Assembly: GCA_050230475.1 (NCBI GenBank)
Contig: JBFLGF010000196.1
Coordinates: forward strand, 1-64,000
Reading direction: 5' to 3'
Length of the DNA stretch: 64,000 nt
From: Ancylonema sp.
Lineage: Eukaryota
Under the pieces are notes generated by a model. It made no database searches. It was not told the origin of the DNA and was given only the letters and a program-made list of their open reading frames with translations. Of the stretch, positions 12,002 through 24,035 are shown piece by piece; positions within the stretch are counted from its first letter, which is position 1, and each line of letters opens with the position of its first letter. The position numbers were made by a program, and so were the translations under genes.

Positions 12002-13446
12002 TGAGATCTAGATGATGACCAAATACCCAATCCTGATGCTGCTCATCCATACAAGCAGCCAAGTCATCAACCGACATCCGTCACTTTCATCGACGCAGAA
12101 AAATATAAACAGTCAAGTTTTACATATTTTTCCAATCTCTGTCGATTTCTTTGTTTTTGAGAGATTTCGTCGACACGATGTCTACCGACTCTATCTGGCA
12201 CGTCAGCTGTCATGCCGCTAGAGATCTTTAGAAATTAAAGTATTTTTAATTGTTGATCCGCTTAAAAAATAGCAATTTTGGTAATTGTCGATTTTTAGTC
12301 GTTATATCGAACTCTGCCGTTATATGAGTTTCGATCAGTCAGACGTTTGATTTGATAATTTTTTTATACTCAGTCAATCTAGAAAATTCGGTGTACCACT
12401 TTTTATATTTTAATTCGGAGTATTTTTGTCGTATCGACGAGTTAGTAGATTCCCAATGCGCGCCGAGCTTTATCTCAGTCAGCTAGCCTGGCGTTTGAAC
12501 CGCCGCACGTGTTAAATCCAGAACTCTAGGATAGACAGTCACGATTAGCTGTCTAGTCGATATTTTTTTTCAACCATAGATCAAGATAAGACCTAAATTA
12601 CCGCGCGTGTGAAACGGCGCGTCGATTGAACTAAAGCCTAAGTCGCTTTCTCAACTGTCAGCTTCCGCTATCAGTTTACGCTGTCTCGATTTCAACCACT
12701 CTTTGCGATCGCCATCTTTGCAATCTTTGTGAATTCGTGTATTCTGCAATCGTCAACAATCGTTATCAAGTGTGCCGTTTCGCCTTTGATATTATTTGTG
12801 AATTTTTGCAAACTTCGCGTCGCTCCATCCAGCCGTAAGTTATGCGAAATTGCATGTTTGCTTGTGCGTGCTGTCGCATCTCAAGTAGTACAAAAAGTCG
12901 TGTGCCGTTTTGCATACGCATCGTGTGAAATTCTGCCGTAGTCAAATTATCGTTACCCTTGCAAAATCGTGACCCTTGCAAGTCATTGATTGTCAGCCGT
13001 TTGCTGACGTCAGAAATCGTTACAATTAGCTGCACCGTTTCGTGCGAGCTCAGTCAGACAATGCACCCTTTGAATTGCCTGCACCCGTTCCAGATATTGT
13101 GAATTTTTTATTCACGACAACGTTTGATTTCTGAAACCAATAGTGAGTGCGCACCCCGTCGCAACCAACTATCATTCATTATGCACCCTTGTAGAAATTC
13201 TAAAGCTATTTGCCTTGCGTGTTCTCTTTACTTGTAGCTGTCACCTGTTGTGAAGTACGATAACCTGCAACGCTTGATTAACCTTAGTGTTGTTTCTAGA
13301 CCTCCCACCACTAAGCGTTGAGTGCATCTCAGCTTTCGACGAGTAGTAGCTACGGCAAACTTCGTTGATAAGTCACATACCGTGCTTGAATTACATTCTT
13401 CTTGTGTGGTCTGTAGGGATTCAACCTACACCAATCTCTAACTAAA
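12002..13446 (+). repeat. Complete LTR-like unit B1+A2 (~1.45 kb)
   Basis: Starts TGAGATC after the PPT. B1 and A2 are contiguous (..GGCACGTCAGCTGTCATGCCG..). Confidence 0.85.
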
Positions 13447-13647
13447 TGAGATCGAGATGATGACCAAAGGCCCAATCCTGATGCTGATCATCCAGACAAG
13501 TAGCGTCATCAACCGACATCAGTCACTTTCATCGACGCAGAAAAATATAAAAAATCAAGTTTTACACATTTTTCCAAAATCTGTCGATTTCTTTGTTTTT
13601 GAGAGATTTCGTCGACAGGTTGTCTGCCGACTCCATCTGGCACGTCA
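13447..13647 (+). repeat. Repeat B2 (LTR 5' portion), abutting A2
   Basis: TGAGATCGAGATGATGACC...CTGGCACGTCA is a close copy of 12002-12205. ORF-track peptides at 12012 and 13457 are near-identical. Confidence 0.9.
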
Positions 13648-14479
13648 CCCCCCTCCTTTAAGCCCGCAGTCTTTCCCTTAAAATAAGGTAAGTTCAAAAA
13701 ATCATAGCTTCTAAACGCTTTGCGATGATTGAATTGTTTTTTCTGAGTACTGTAGACAAGACTACGAAGTAAATATTGACATATTTTTCCATATTTTGTT
13801 TCCGATCAATGTGGAGTCAAAAAAAAGGAGAGACTTCGGGCTTGTCGAAGGGGGGTTGCCTGCAGTCGCTTTGGGGGGTGCCCCGATTCTCTCCCATGTG
13901 ATAATTAATTGTTAAAAAAAAAAAAAAAAAAAAAACCTGAGATATACAAAAGAATATTAGACGGGTTAAGATAGGAGGCGTACTTAGTGATGTAAAATCT
14001 CGATTACATGTCGGATTTGAATTTTGAAAAGATGTACATGATCTACGTGATCTTAGGAATCTTCTAGAAAAACAATTTAAGACCCTTATCGAAGACACGG
14101 AAGACGCCTGCCACGCGTCTTCGTCTAGTGCCCTTATTACGCCTTCATTTTTTGTGCCGTAAAGTGATGTGGGTAGCTATTCTTACCAGCTTCAGTTTAA
14201 GCTGCGCCACGTTACGTGATTTTACGAATCGCCTGCGTGGTGATTATCCGTTGGCCTCCGCATTCAAATTACCGCGCCCGGGAAGAAGTCACGCGATCTT
14301 TCCTAAGTGACGCATATCTTGTCCATTCTTGAATTTTTAAAGTTCAGTATGTAGCCCTTTGTAGAGGCTACATTTTAAGCTTAAGTAGGTGTTAGGGGTC
14401 GCCGTATTACTTCCGATATGTCATTTCGTTTTCAGCTGATTTTGGCCAAGTTTGAGACCCTACGGCAACGGCCGGAGGG

Positions 14480-17400
14480 GGAGGGACTCAAGGGTCCCTC
14501 CCCCAGCTTTCAGCTTGGGGTAGGCCTTTGATTTACTGCCCCAACAATTGTGGAAAGCACTATACGAGCGCCGCACGGTTGGCACGTCATGTCGCATCAT
14601 GTGTTCCGGCCACTGCATTGAGTGGAGGAGGCCCCACACATGCTGCTTCAACGGCCCTTCCCCGCCTCCCACCTCCGTCTTCGTGGTCGTGGGCCCTCGA
14701 TACTACACTTTTCGATCCTACTGCCACAGGATTGTGCCAGCCGCGCCTATATCGGAAGATCCCTTATGCCATCCGGGTAGAAGTCCAGCGCGCTTTTGTG
14801 CTTCTGCTCCCTCGCTTGAGGGATGACCTTGGGGATATTGCTGCGAGGAAGGTATTTTTGATGTTCCCTGTTTGGTGCCTTCCCCTCCCATACCACGGGG
14901 GTCAGGTTGGCCATAGGGAAACGAGGCGACGTATTACTCGATTTCTTGGGGGGGATTGGGAATCGCTGCATCATGAGCATATTGCTCGCTGTACCCCGCC
15001 CCCTCAGGAGAGAGGCAGCAGCGGAGGGGGGGGGGCGGGGGAGGGGACGGATGGTGGGAGGAGGGAGGGGGGAAGAAGTGGGGGCGTCGGAGGCACAGTT
15101 GGGGAAGGTGGAGGGGGTGGGGGGAATCTTAAACGTGCGCTTCTCTTGGGAAGGTGTGGTGAGCTGTCGCGGTCAGCTCGGGCCCTAGTGTCACAACCTC
15201 TAGCGCGTGGGACGGAAGAGACTGTGGCACACTGCGTGACCCCCAGCTACTCTCCCAGATCCAGCTGCTCTCCCAGATTTTGTTGGGGATTTCAGGCCTC
15301 CCGACGATTTCATTCTCGAAAGGGACTCATTCGCTGTGGCGTTGCGAGGGCCCCCACGCCATTCTGCTGCAGGGTTGTCGGGAGTGGTGTTTGAACATTT
15401 TCGTGACGTTATCGATCCGGATGACCCTGCTAGTGGTTTTGACCTCTTGTTCCACGTGGCTGCTCATGTTGCGCGGGGTCGCATTCCGGCGTCTAATTGG
15501 GGGCATCTCGGCTGGTGGCGTTGGATAAAGGTGGCGGGAGGGGAGGGGAGGGGTTTTATCGTTTGATTAGCCGTGCGATATGCCTTCAGATCCGGGAGCT
15601 TCACGACCATTTCGAATGGTAGCACGGCTTTGCTTTTAAAGGGGGGTGTGAGATGGTAATCTGGGGGGTACGACTTCTTTTGGACGCGCGTTTATCTTGG
15701 GGTGTCATACAGGTGGACGTGAAGAACGCATTCAACACCATCAACCGCCAGGCGTTCTTCGAGGAGCTTCGTGATTCGGGGGGGGGGTTGAGTAGTTTGT
15801 TCCCGTTTGTGCGAGCTTTTTATGGGGGGTCTTCCCCCTTATTCTTCCGTGCTCGTGATTTGGCGGGGGGGGAGGAGGTAGTGGAGTTGGCGTCTTCGAC
15901 CGGGACTCGTCAGAGGGATCCCCTTGGAGGGGTATTGTTCGCCTTCGGACACCAGCAGGCTCTTCGATCCACCGCAGCGGCGTTTCCGGACTGCGCCTTC
16001 CCTTCAATTGCAGATGACACCCATATCGTGGGGTCCCCTCCCCATGTGGTGGAGGCTTTTAAGTTTTTTGTGGAGGAGCTCGCAAAACTCGGCCTTTCCG
16101 TGCAACCGTTCAAGTGTGTGGCGTGGTCACCATCTGGTCGGGAGGTGTTTCCGATTCTTCCGGAGGGGTGTTCTTATGCTACAGATGGCATTCGTGTGTT
16201 GGGGGCGCCTTTTGGAACGAACGAGTTTGTGCGAGGCTTCTTGGCAGCTGCGTTGGAGGAAGATACGTGGGGTCTTCAACAATTATGCCTCCTTGAGGAT
16301 CCGCAGGTGGCCCTCCGCCTACTTACGCAGGTGTTTGCTCGACCATCGTATCTGCTGCGTACTTGCCACCCTACCTCTTCCTTCCTCAACCAGCTCGGGG
16401 GGGAGTATGATGCGACGCTGTGGAGGGTTGTAGAGGTAGATCTATTGGGCGGGGTGGTTGGTTGCACTTCGGACCATATTGGTTTGTCGCGTGACCAAGC
16501 TTGTTTGCCGATCGCCCGGGCGGGTGTGGGTTTGGTTCGTACTCGGGTTCTTGCCCCAGTTGCTTTTATTGGCTCTTATGCTCTCGCCGCACCTGCACTC
16601 GCATCAGCTTTACAGCAGCACGGTTTATCATTCGGCCCGTTTTTCAGCACGGTGGACGAGGGAGGTCTACGAACGCAGGTCGTGCTTCGAGAAGCGCGAG
16701 AGCTTCTTCACCCAACAGCTCGCGCGGCACTGCCTCCATATGCCACCTTGGCCGTGGCTTCTGTTCCTCACTTGCCGACACTTCTTGATGCTACCTACGC
16801 TGCTCCGTTTGAGGTGCTTGTGGCGAGCACCGATCTCGCGACATCGAGGGCGAGGCTTCGGTCCGCCAGTGGACCCGGTGCGGGTCATTGGCTACAAGCG
16901 TCCCCCATCATTCCCTCCCTTCGTATCCCCCCTCCCCTATTCCTTACTGCCGTGCGCTTGCGCCTCGGGTTTCCCCACTGCCTTGCTACCTATGATACGT
17001 GCGCGTGCGGCAACTCTATGGACGCCCTCGGTACGCATCTTATGCGTGCAGTCGAGGGGGGGAGCGCACTTCATCTCATGACTCGGTGCGAGATTCCGTA
17101 TATCACATCCTCCGCGAGTCGGGTCCGCATGTTCAACGAGAACGTACGGGGTTTCTCTTCCGTCTTCCGCTCCGGGCGGTCGTGGGGGGCGAGTGGATAT
17201 ATTGTTATTTCGGATTTGGTGGAGGGGCATATTTTGGTGGATGTGGTCTCATTGCTCACCCCACGCGGCGTGACTTGGTGGATCTCGCGGCTTGTCGAGG
17301 GTTGGTGGCCGCATAAGATGCAGAACGGCGCAAAGAAACTCATTATCGTGATCGCGCGGCAGGGACCAAGTTTATCCCGTTTGCGTTAGAGGCGTACGGT

Positions 17401-17740
17401 GCGCTTTCCGATGCAAGCAATCGGTTATTGGTGGATTGTGCTCACCGTGCGGCGCAACTGAATGGGCGATCGGGGCGGAATGTTAGTTTGTTAGTTACTT
17501 GGTTTCGGCAGAGAGTTTCTGTTGCTTTACAACGTTCTCTAGCACATGCAATCCATAGAACGTTGCGATTGGAAGAGGGTATGGCTCTGTTATTACCTCC
17601 CCCCCCTCCGCGGGTGTTATTGTCGTCAGTAGAGTGAAGGATTGTTGCTCGGTTGTTTTAGGGTTGGGGTTGTTTTCCTTCTTCTGTTCCGTTAGGTTGG
17701 TACGATAACGTTGGTGTTGTACTCAGATGGGGTTCCCATC
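14480..17740 (+). mobile_element. Decayed non-LTR retrotransposon of restriction-like-endonuclease type (CRE/SLACS-like)
   Basis: N-terminal C2H2 finger CPNNCGKHYTSAARLARH. RT motifs QVDVKNAFNTI, GTRQRDPLGG, IADD and GIRVLGAPFG. Downstream WLQASP, CACG..H, HDSVRD, FIPFALEAYG and RQRVSVALQR lie in shifting frames. Boundaries approximate. Confidence 0.8.
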
Positions 17741-18120
17741 GTGCTTGAATGAAATGCGTCTTACTCCAAGCGGAAATTTCCGCCGGGGCCAACTTCCGGG
17801 GCAAATACGCCCGCGGCGAAAATCGGGGCGGAATTTCGGGCCGGAGCATATTTAATGTTAATGTGGCGTGAATTACGCCTCCCTGCTCGGCGCGCAAAGT
17901 TTGTCAGATTGCTGTTCAAGTACAGGGACCGGATTGTGATACACGACAAACCGAAAGCGACATCACAACCTCCGCGCCGAGGGACCGCCGCCGTCAGAAG
18001 GACAGAACACTCTATCCAGTAATCTGCAAATATCCCACCCGCATTCGTTCGCTGATTGGGAGCCCATAATTTCGAGAGTCCGAAGATCACATGAATTTCG
18101 GGTCCAATGCTAGCGAAGTT

Positions 18121-18344
18121 GAGAACGGGGAGCCCGCAGCCCATGAGCTATACAGCCCATGAGCTGCGGGCTGCGCAGCCCCAAAAACACGAGGAGGTCT
18201 TCCGCCGAACCGCCGACTTCCTCCGGTCCCCGCAGCCAATGCGCTCCACAGCCCATGGGCTCTGAGCTCTCCTTGCTCCTCAGCCCGCACCCCAGAGGGT
18301 TTGGGTGGGCTCCCCGATCCTCAAATCTGGGCTCCCCGAATCTG
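18121..18344. mobile_element. Short MITE-like inverted-repeat element
   Basis: GAGAACGGGGAGCCC at the left versus GGGCTCCCCGAATCTG at the right, with internal AGCCCATG repeats. No clear TSD. Confidence 0.45.
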
Positions 18345-18528
18345 ACATACGAACCGGTCGAACCGGCTGTAGTGCGCAATCAATTCTGGCCACCGGAATC
18401 CAGGTTGACACGGCTTTCTGACACCTCAGTCAATCACTCCACTGAATGCATTGCTCTCTCGCCCTTCCGTCTTGTAGTGGTCGTTGACGCCCAGAAGGCA
18501 GCGCAATTTCTCTCTTCGATTAACCGTC

Positions 18529-21500
18529 ATGTCTACCACGTACCGAAAGGAGCCGCCAGTCATGCCAAGCCTTCATCACCCCGTATCCTTGCGCTCTAGG
18601 TCCGGCAAGCTTAGGAAAAACTTGGAGCAGTCGTCTCTTCAGCATTCGAAAGTGACCATGTCTGGTCCCCTTCCACGCCTACACGTACCTCGCTCTCGGA
18701 GCCAGTCTAATATTCATCGCATTGATTATCCGAACTCGTTTCCTGAGCTCCCCCCCCTTCCCCCTCCCACAGGCTTAGCCAACCGCAGTCCTGCGTTCAC
18801 ATCAGAGTCCGATCCTTCCGGTCCTACGTCGCCGAGCTCACCGACTAGTGGTCTGGGCGGCGCACCTCCCCCAGAAACCAAACTGTATGCTGGAGCTAAT
18901 CTCAGCCTCCTTGAGTCTTTGACAGCCGTCACAAATTCCCACACATTCTCATCAGACCTGTCGACCAGCGACTTCCTTCAGTGTCTTCGCCCGCGCCAGT
19001 CTCATCCAATCGCCCAAGCTCCTTCTACCTCATTCTCGGGACCATTGGATCTGCAGGTGGCGTCCGAGAATGCCCAGTTCACGTCTGCCGCTTCTCGGTC
19101 CTTCATGTCGGGGCCGGTCGGTGCGTCTCCTGCTTCAAAGGCAGGCCTGCACATCAATGTTTTCGAGAATCGACGTAAAATAGTTCCCTCCCTTTCCCCT
19201 CCTTCTCAACTACTCTCCAAAATCCACCCACGCGCACGATCACATTCCCCTAACCAAGCAGGATGCCTCAAAATCCCCGCCCCACAACCTCAGCTTCCTA
19301 AGCGGCGGCATCTTTTTGACTTTCGATCTTCTGCTCCCCGGACATCCTCCCTCCCCCTCCAGCCTACTTCTGAACAGCAGGTCTCCTTGAAATCCAGATC
19401 CCGAAGCATTGCGGATCCAATAAACACAGCAGAAGGGCCTGTAGTTTCAGGTTTCACTTCGGGGACATCCAAGTTCAGTGACCGAGGGGAACCCAAATTT
19501 CCTGATCTGGGAAGCTCTAAATTCGCCGCGGTTATCAAGGACGATCCCTTCCGCCTCATCCTTCCATCTGAATCCAAAGTGGAGGAGTCGAAAGCAGATG
19601 GAAGTGGTGGCCAGGGGTCCGAGAGGAAAGGTTATGGTAGGGATGGCTCTCCAGCTATCTTGACGCGGAATGTGTCGCCCAAGCCTCGGCGAGGCTGGAA
19701 GTTGTTTGGGGGGTCCAAGTCGGAGGAAACCGCAGCTCCGGAGATGGCGAAGGAGAAGAAGCCTGCATGGCTGCGGTGGCGGAAAAAGAAGGGGGGCGGC
19801 AAGGAGGAACAGCTGGAACCTGACGCATACCGAGATGTCCCTCGAACACCGGTACAAGAGGTGTGTTTTACGATGCAAAATCCCTGGAATTGAGAGTTGC
19901 TCCGAAATTGTACATTGGGCATTGTACTGTGTTTGGGGTTAGATTCTGAAGGTCTGTTCGCATGCTGGGTGGAGTGTTCTGCGCTGCTACTGTTTGGGAA
20001 AGCAATTGGCCGCTCCGGTCCGGTTGTGTCCGATTCTGTCTCATCATGGATAGGTGAGACTAGAACCAGAAATGCAAGTTTCCAAACGAAGGTGTGTATG
20101 ACAAGAATCGGTTTCGTAGACTGTGACTCGTCAACCTCCTCTTAATCGCTGTCACTATCATAGCTTTTCTAGGTATCAGATGTCAAAAATTATGAATTTG
20201 ATGTCGGGTTTTCATGTCTAGTAGACATATGTTCATGCCAATGATGCTCGCGTCTGCTGATTATGTCCGGTTCTTCATCCAAATTCCACACGGAATGAGA
20301 AGCACGATAGAGCCGCTCGTCAAGGGCAACCAACCTGCAGATTTGCATGTCCTTTTCGGGTTTCCACTCGCTCTGTGCGCTGCTTTGTGGTTTGTCGATT
20401 TTGCTGTCAGATCTGCCCTGTGTGAACTCTACATCTTTTTAACATGCGACAGTCTGTGTTGGCTGTATCGCAGAAAGTCGGGAGGGAGCCCCAGCGAACC
20501 CTTCTGCCGGCTCTTTGGCCCACCTCTCCTCCCTCCACCCACCTCCAACCGTTCCCAAAAGAGGATGAGGCAACAGCCGTGATGGTGGACGAGGAGGAGG
20601 TTCCTGAGACGGAGACGGAAACTTCAGTGGCTCCGAGGCTGCATCCCGAAGAAGAGCGTCGCCTTGGGTTTGAAAAAGGGAGTGAGTCTGGGGTGGTAGG
20701 AGAGGACGACGGGGCAGAGGAGTTTGAGGAAGAAGGATCGCAGAAGATGCGGGCGAGTGGGTCCGAAGTGTCTTCGGGGGAGGGAGAAGAGGGAGAGGAG
20801 GTGTATGTAGGAGAGGAGTACGTAGAGGAGGTGGGAGAGGAGGAGGAGGAGGAGGAGGAGGAGGAGGAGGAGGAGGAATCTGAGAGGTCAGAAGAAGTAC
20901 CTCGCGAGCTGGCTGGTTTCGTGCAGCATGTGGAGATGGAAATGGATGAGCCCAATGAGGACCACAGCGACTACTGCGACTCCTCATCCCAGAGCTCGCA
21001 ATCCGAGAAAGGGCGCAGAGCTCCAAGGGAGTATGGCTCCAAGGGGGTACCCGCCCCCGCCCCCTGGCAAGCCAGTGCTGGCCTTCCCTACAGGAACCAT
21101 TCTGGCAGCGTGCAGACGAGAGACAAGCCCGTGGAGATGAGTGGAAAAACGTTTTCGGGGGAGATGAAGAGCAGGAGGCAGATCCCAGCTGTACCTGCCA
21201 GCGGGGCGCCAGCTGGGGGAGGCATTACCTGGGGCAGTCAGGCAAAGGATCAGAGGAAGGTGGATGCCCTCAAATTCCTTCGTATGCTGGACGCGGGGGG
21301 GGCGGCGGCCGTACGGCAAGTGAGCCAGAAGGTTGCCAGGGGGCGGGGGGGCGAGAGGAGGGCCATGTCCGGCCCGCTGACGTGGCGGGGGACGCCCGAG
21401 AACCCTCGGGGCACCGGGGGGGGGGGGTCATCACAAGAGCAGGTGTGTCTGTGCGGTTCCAGGAGCGGCCACGTGGCACGTCACTGCCCGCAGCGCCCAG

Positions 21501-23551
21501 TAGCCAGGCTGGTGTCGGTCTCAGGGAGCAGAGGGGGGGAGGGAGGGGATGGCAATGGTGTTGGGAAGGTACGATCCTGGTCGTCCATTCAGCCCAGGCC
21601 AGAGGGGGGGGTGGCAGGGGAGTCCTGGGCCCAGATCCGAGCCAGGCAGAGGTCGGACTCCCTAGAGAGGAGGGGCGGGGAAGAGGAGTCGGAGGGAGAG
21701 GGACGGCTATCGACAGCGGTTCGATTTGCATCCTATTCGCAGCCGGTAGAGAGGAACTCGGGGAACCCTAGGGCGTCCCCCCCCCCCCACTGCTGGTCGC
21801 CAGGGTTTAAGGACTCCTGGGACACCCCTTCCCCCACCGCTTCACGGAGCCGATCCCTTCACTATTCCGAATCAGAACGCAATCTTCGGTGGAGGGAAAT
21901 CGAGGACGGGGAAGTGGTGAGCCAGCGGTCCGGCCTCCTCTCCCCCTCCATGGAGAGAAGGGCGAGGGAGGCCTCCCCCAACCGCCAACCGAGCCAACCC
22001 ACCTCCCCCTCCATGAGGGGGATGCAGAGATCGCAGTCAGGGAGTGGGTGGAGCTCTGGATCGAGGGCGGCCTCCCCCTCCTCAGCATCTGCCGCCCCCC
22101 AACTCGCCCACTTCCAACGCCTTCACTCCCGCAGAACCGCTGCGGCTCTAGCCGGGCTCGCCTCCCCTGAGCCCGCCGCGCTTTCCGGACCGATATTGAG
22201 GACCTCGCCCCATCACTCGGCCCAGCTCCCTTCCCCCCCCCACGACCACCAGGCCCCCCTTGCCGCTAAATCCAACCCTCCTGCATTCGACACGTGGAGG
22301 CCTCCAGGGGAGGACCAGCCGCAGTCGCAGCCGCCCCCGCCCCCGCTGCACCCCGCCCCGCCACCCGGCCCTGCCATCGTGGTTGGGATTCCAGTGGCCA
22401 TGATGGGGCAGACGGAGTGGGCGGCGGCACAGCCGCCCCTCCCAGGAATGCAGGTTGCAGTGGGGAATCCGAGGCCCGGGGGGGGGCTGGGGGCCGCCTC
22501 TGCGGCGGGTGGGGGTGGGGGAGGGCGCTCGGATCACCCAATCGCGGCAAATCCTGTGGAAGACAGTGAGGAGATGGGGATGGTGTCAGAGAAGAGGGAG
22601 AGGGAGAGGGGGGGCGGGGGGGGGAGGGCGGGTCGGGGGAGTGGGAAGGGGCGGGGGGGGAAGCAGAAAAGGGGGCCCAAGCCGAGGGTGGTGATCAAGC
22701 CCGCCAAGCCCTTTGAGCTCACTACCTGGGTGCAAAAACTTTTGGACGAAGCAATGAAAGCGGGACTTGCTCCGACCCCCTCCCAGGAAGGCAAGGCAGC
22801 TCTGGTAGTGGCACCTGTATCCAAGGCAGAGGCAACAGAGGGAGGGGGGATGGAGGGGGGGGCACAAGGGGGTGAGGTGGCAGAAATGTGGGCGGCGGGG
22901 GTGGGGGAGGTGGGGGGGGTTGGGGAGGAGGCTGTGGTTGGGGAGGTGGGGGAATTACGTGTGACGGAAGTGGGGGAGGTGGTGGGACTCCGGCAGGCAG
23001 AGGTTGGGGAGGAAGCGGAGTTCAGTTTCGATTGCTTCCGGGGTGTGCCTGCCCTCCTCGTGCAGCCCCCAGTGGAGGAGGAGGAGGAGGGGGGGGGGGT
23101 GGGGGGGGGGGTGGGGGAGAGAACCCGAGGAGCAGCCGAGGCTGTTGCCGCCCCGTCGCACCCAGATGCGGAGTCTGATCCTGGACATGTACATGAACCT
23201 GAACCTGAAACCGGTCTTGCACCTGAACCTGAAGCTGAAGCTGCGGAATCAGAGGACGAGAGTACCATCAAGGAGATTTGTTTGCAGGAGACGGAGGCAG
23301 AGGTCCCCAGGGGGGTGTCTGCAGAGGAGGGGCTGGCCCACAGTCTGGCATTTATGGCCCACTTGAATGGGGGGCGGGTTGGGGTTCCCTCCCCCCAACC
23401 GCCAACCACCCTCACCAGCGAATGGCAGGAGGAGGGGGGCAGGGAGGAGGCGAGCACGGGGGTCAGGCCCCCAACTGTAGCTATAGCGAGTGACAAAATC
23501 CGGCAGCTGGCGAAGGTCTTTGAGGGGGCTAAGGAGGAGGAGCTTTCTTGA
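18529..23551 (+). CDS. Two-exon orphan gene, ~1470-aa low-complexity/disordered Ser-Pro-Gly-Glu-rich protein (exons 18529-19860, 20474-23551)
   Basis: Two long uninterrupted ORFs (469 and 1035 aa) can be joined in phase 0 by GAG|GTGTGT (19861) and TCGCAG|AAA (20473). Contains a poly-Glu tract and a knuckle-like CLCGSRSGHVARHC. No family recognised. Confidence 0.7.
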
Positions 23552-24035
23552 TAGCGCGTCTATCGGGCACGTGTGTGGGACTCCACTTGTTTGTACGCTA
23601 TATGTAGAAAAATATATGGAGAAAGGTTTTTACTGGAATGTAGTTGGGTCGAGTAGGCCACCAAGTCGTTTGTCTCCCGGTTGTTATATTAAGATGGTAG
23701 GCCTGTAATTATTGTGATGTTACATTTATTTATTTGTAGTAGAGAATGTGGGTGTTCATGTGGTTGTCCTACATCAGGACAACCACAGTCGTGTGTTTAG
23801 TTTGTACACTAGCCCAATGTGTTGACTAATCAGAGATGTTGACTATTCAGAGATGTTGTGCAGTGCTCCCAAGGGATGTCACTTAGTTCTCTATCAAGGG
23901 TCCGTGAAGACGTGAGCTCTCGCGTAGTACTTAGTTCAACAAAGTACTACGTTGTTGTAACCACCGCCATTCATTATTTGCAAGAGAAAAATGTCATTCC
24001 CCTTGTTGTCATGGCTTGTTAGGTAGGGTTGAAAG

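Larger units (their letters stand above)
2215..13647 (+). mobile_element. Non-autonomous retroelement with split/permuted terminal repeats (A-internal-B-A-B), carrying protease and DNMT-like remnants
   Basis: A1 (2215-3456) matches A2 (12208-13446); B1 (12002-12205) matches B2 (13447-13647). A purine tract precedes B1. Internal LDTGA protease motif and C5-MTase-like motifs. Both flanks belong to one interrupted MITE. Confidence 0.85.
2173..13895. mobile_element. Mutator-like (MULE) MITE, ~290 bp when restored, split by an 11.4-kb retroelement
   Basis: Perfect 9-bp TSD ATGTGATAA at 2164-2172 and 13896-13904. Left end GGAGGGACTGCGGGCACCCCCCAAAGCGACTGC is the inverted counterpart of GCAGTCGCTTTGGGGGGTGCCCCGATTCTCTCCC (13862-13895). 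Confidence 0.8.

Noticed and set aside
2215..13647. Reading this as an ordinary LTR element with a truncated 5' LTR plus an unrelated adjacent LTR fragment
   Set aside because: Two independent truncations would have to be complementary to within ~2 bp and both lie inside one MITE with an intact TSD.
20407..23496. Long antisense ORFs (poly-Ser, poly-Pro, 320 aa)
   Set aside because: Shadows of the GC-rich plus-strand ORF.
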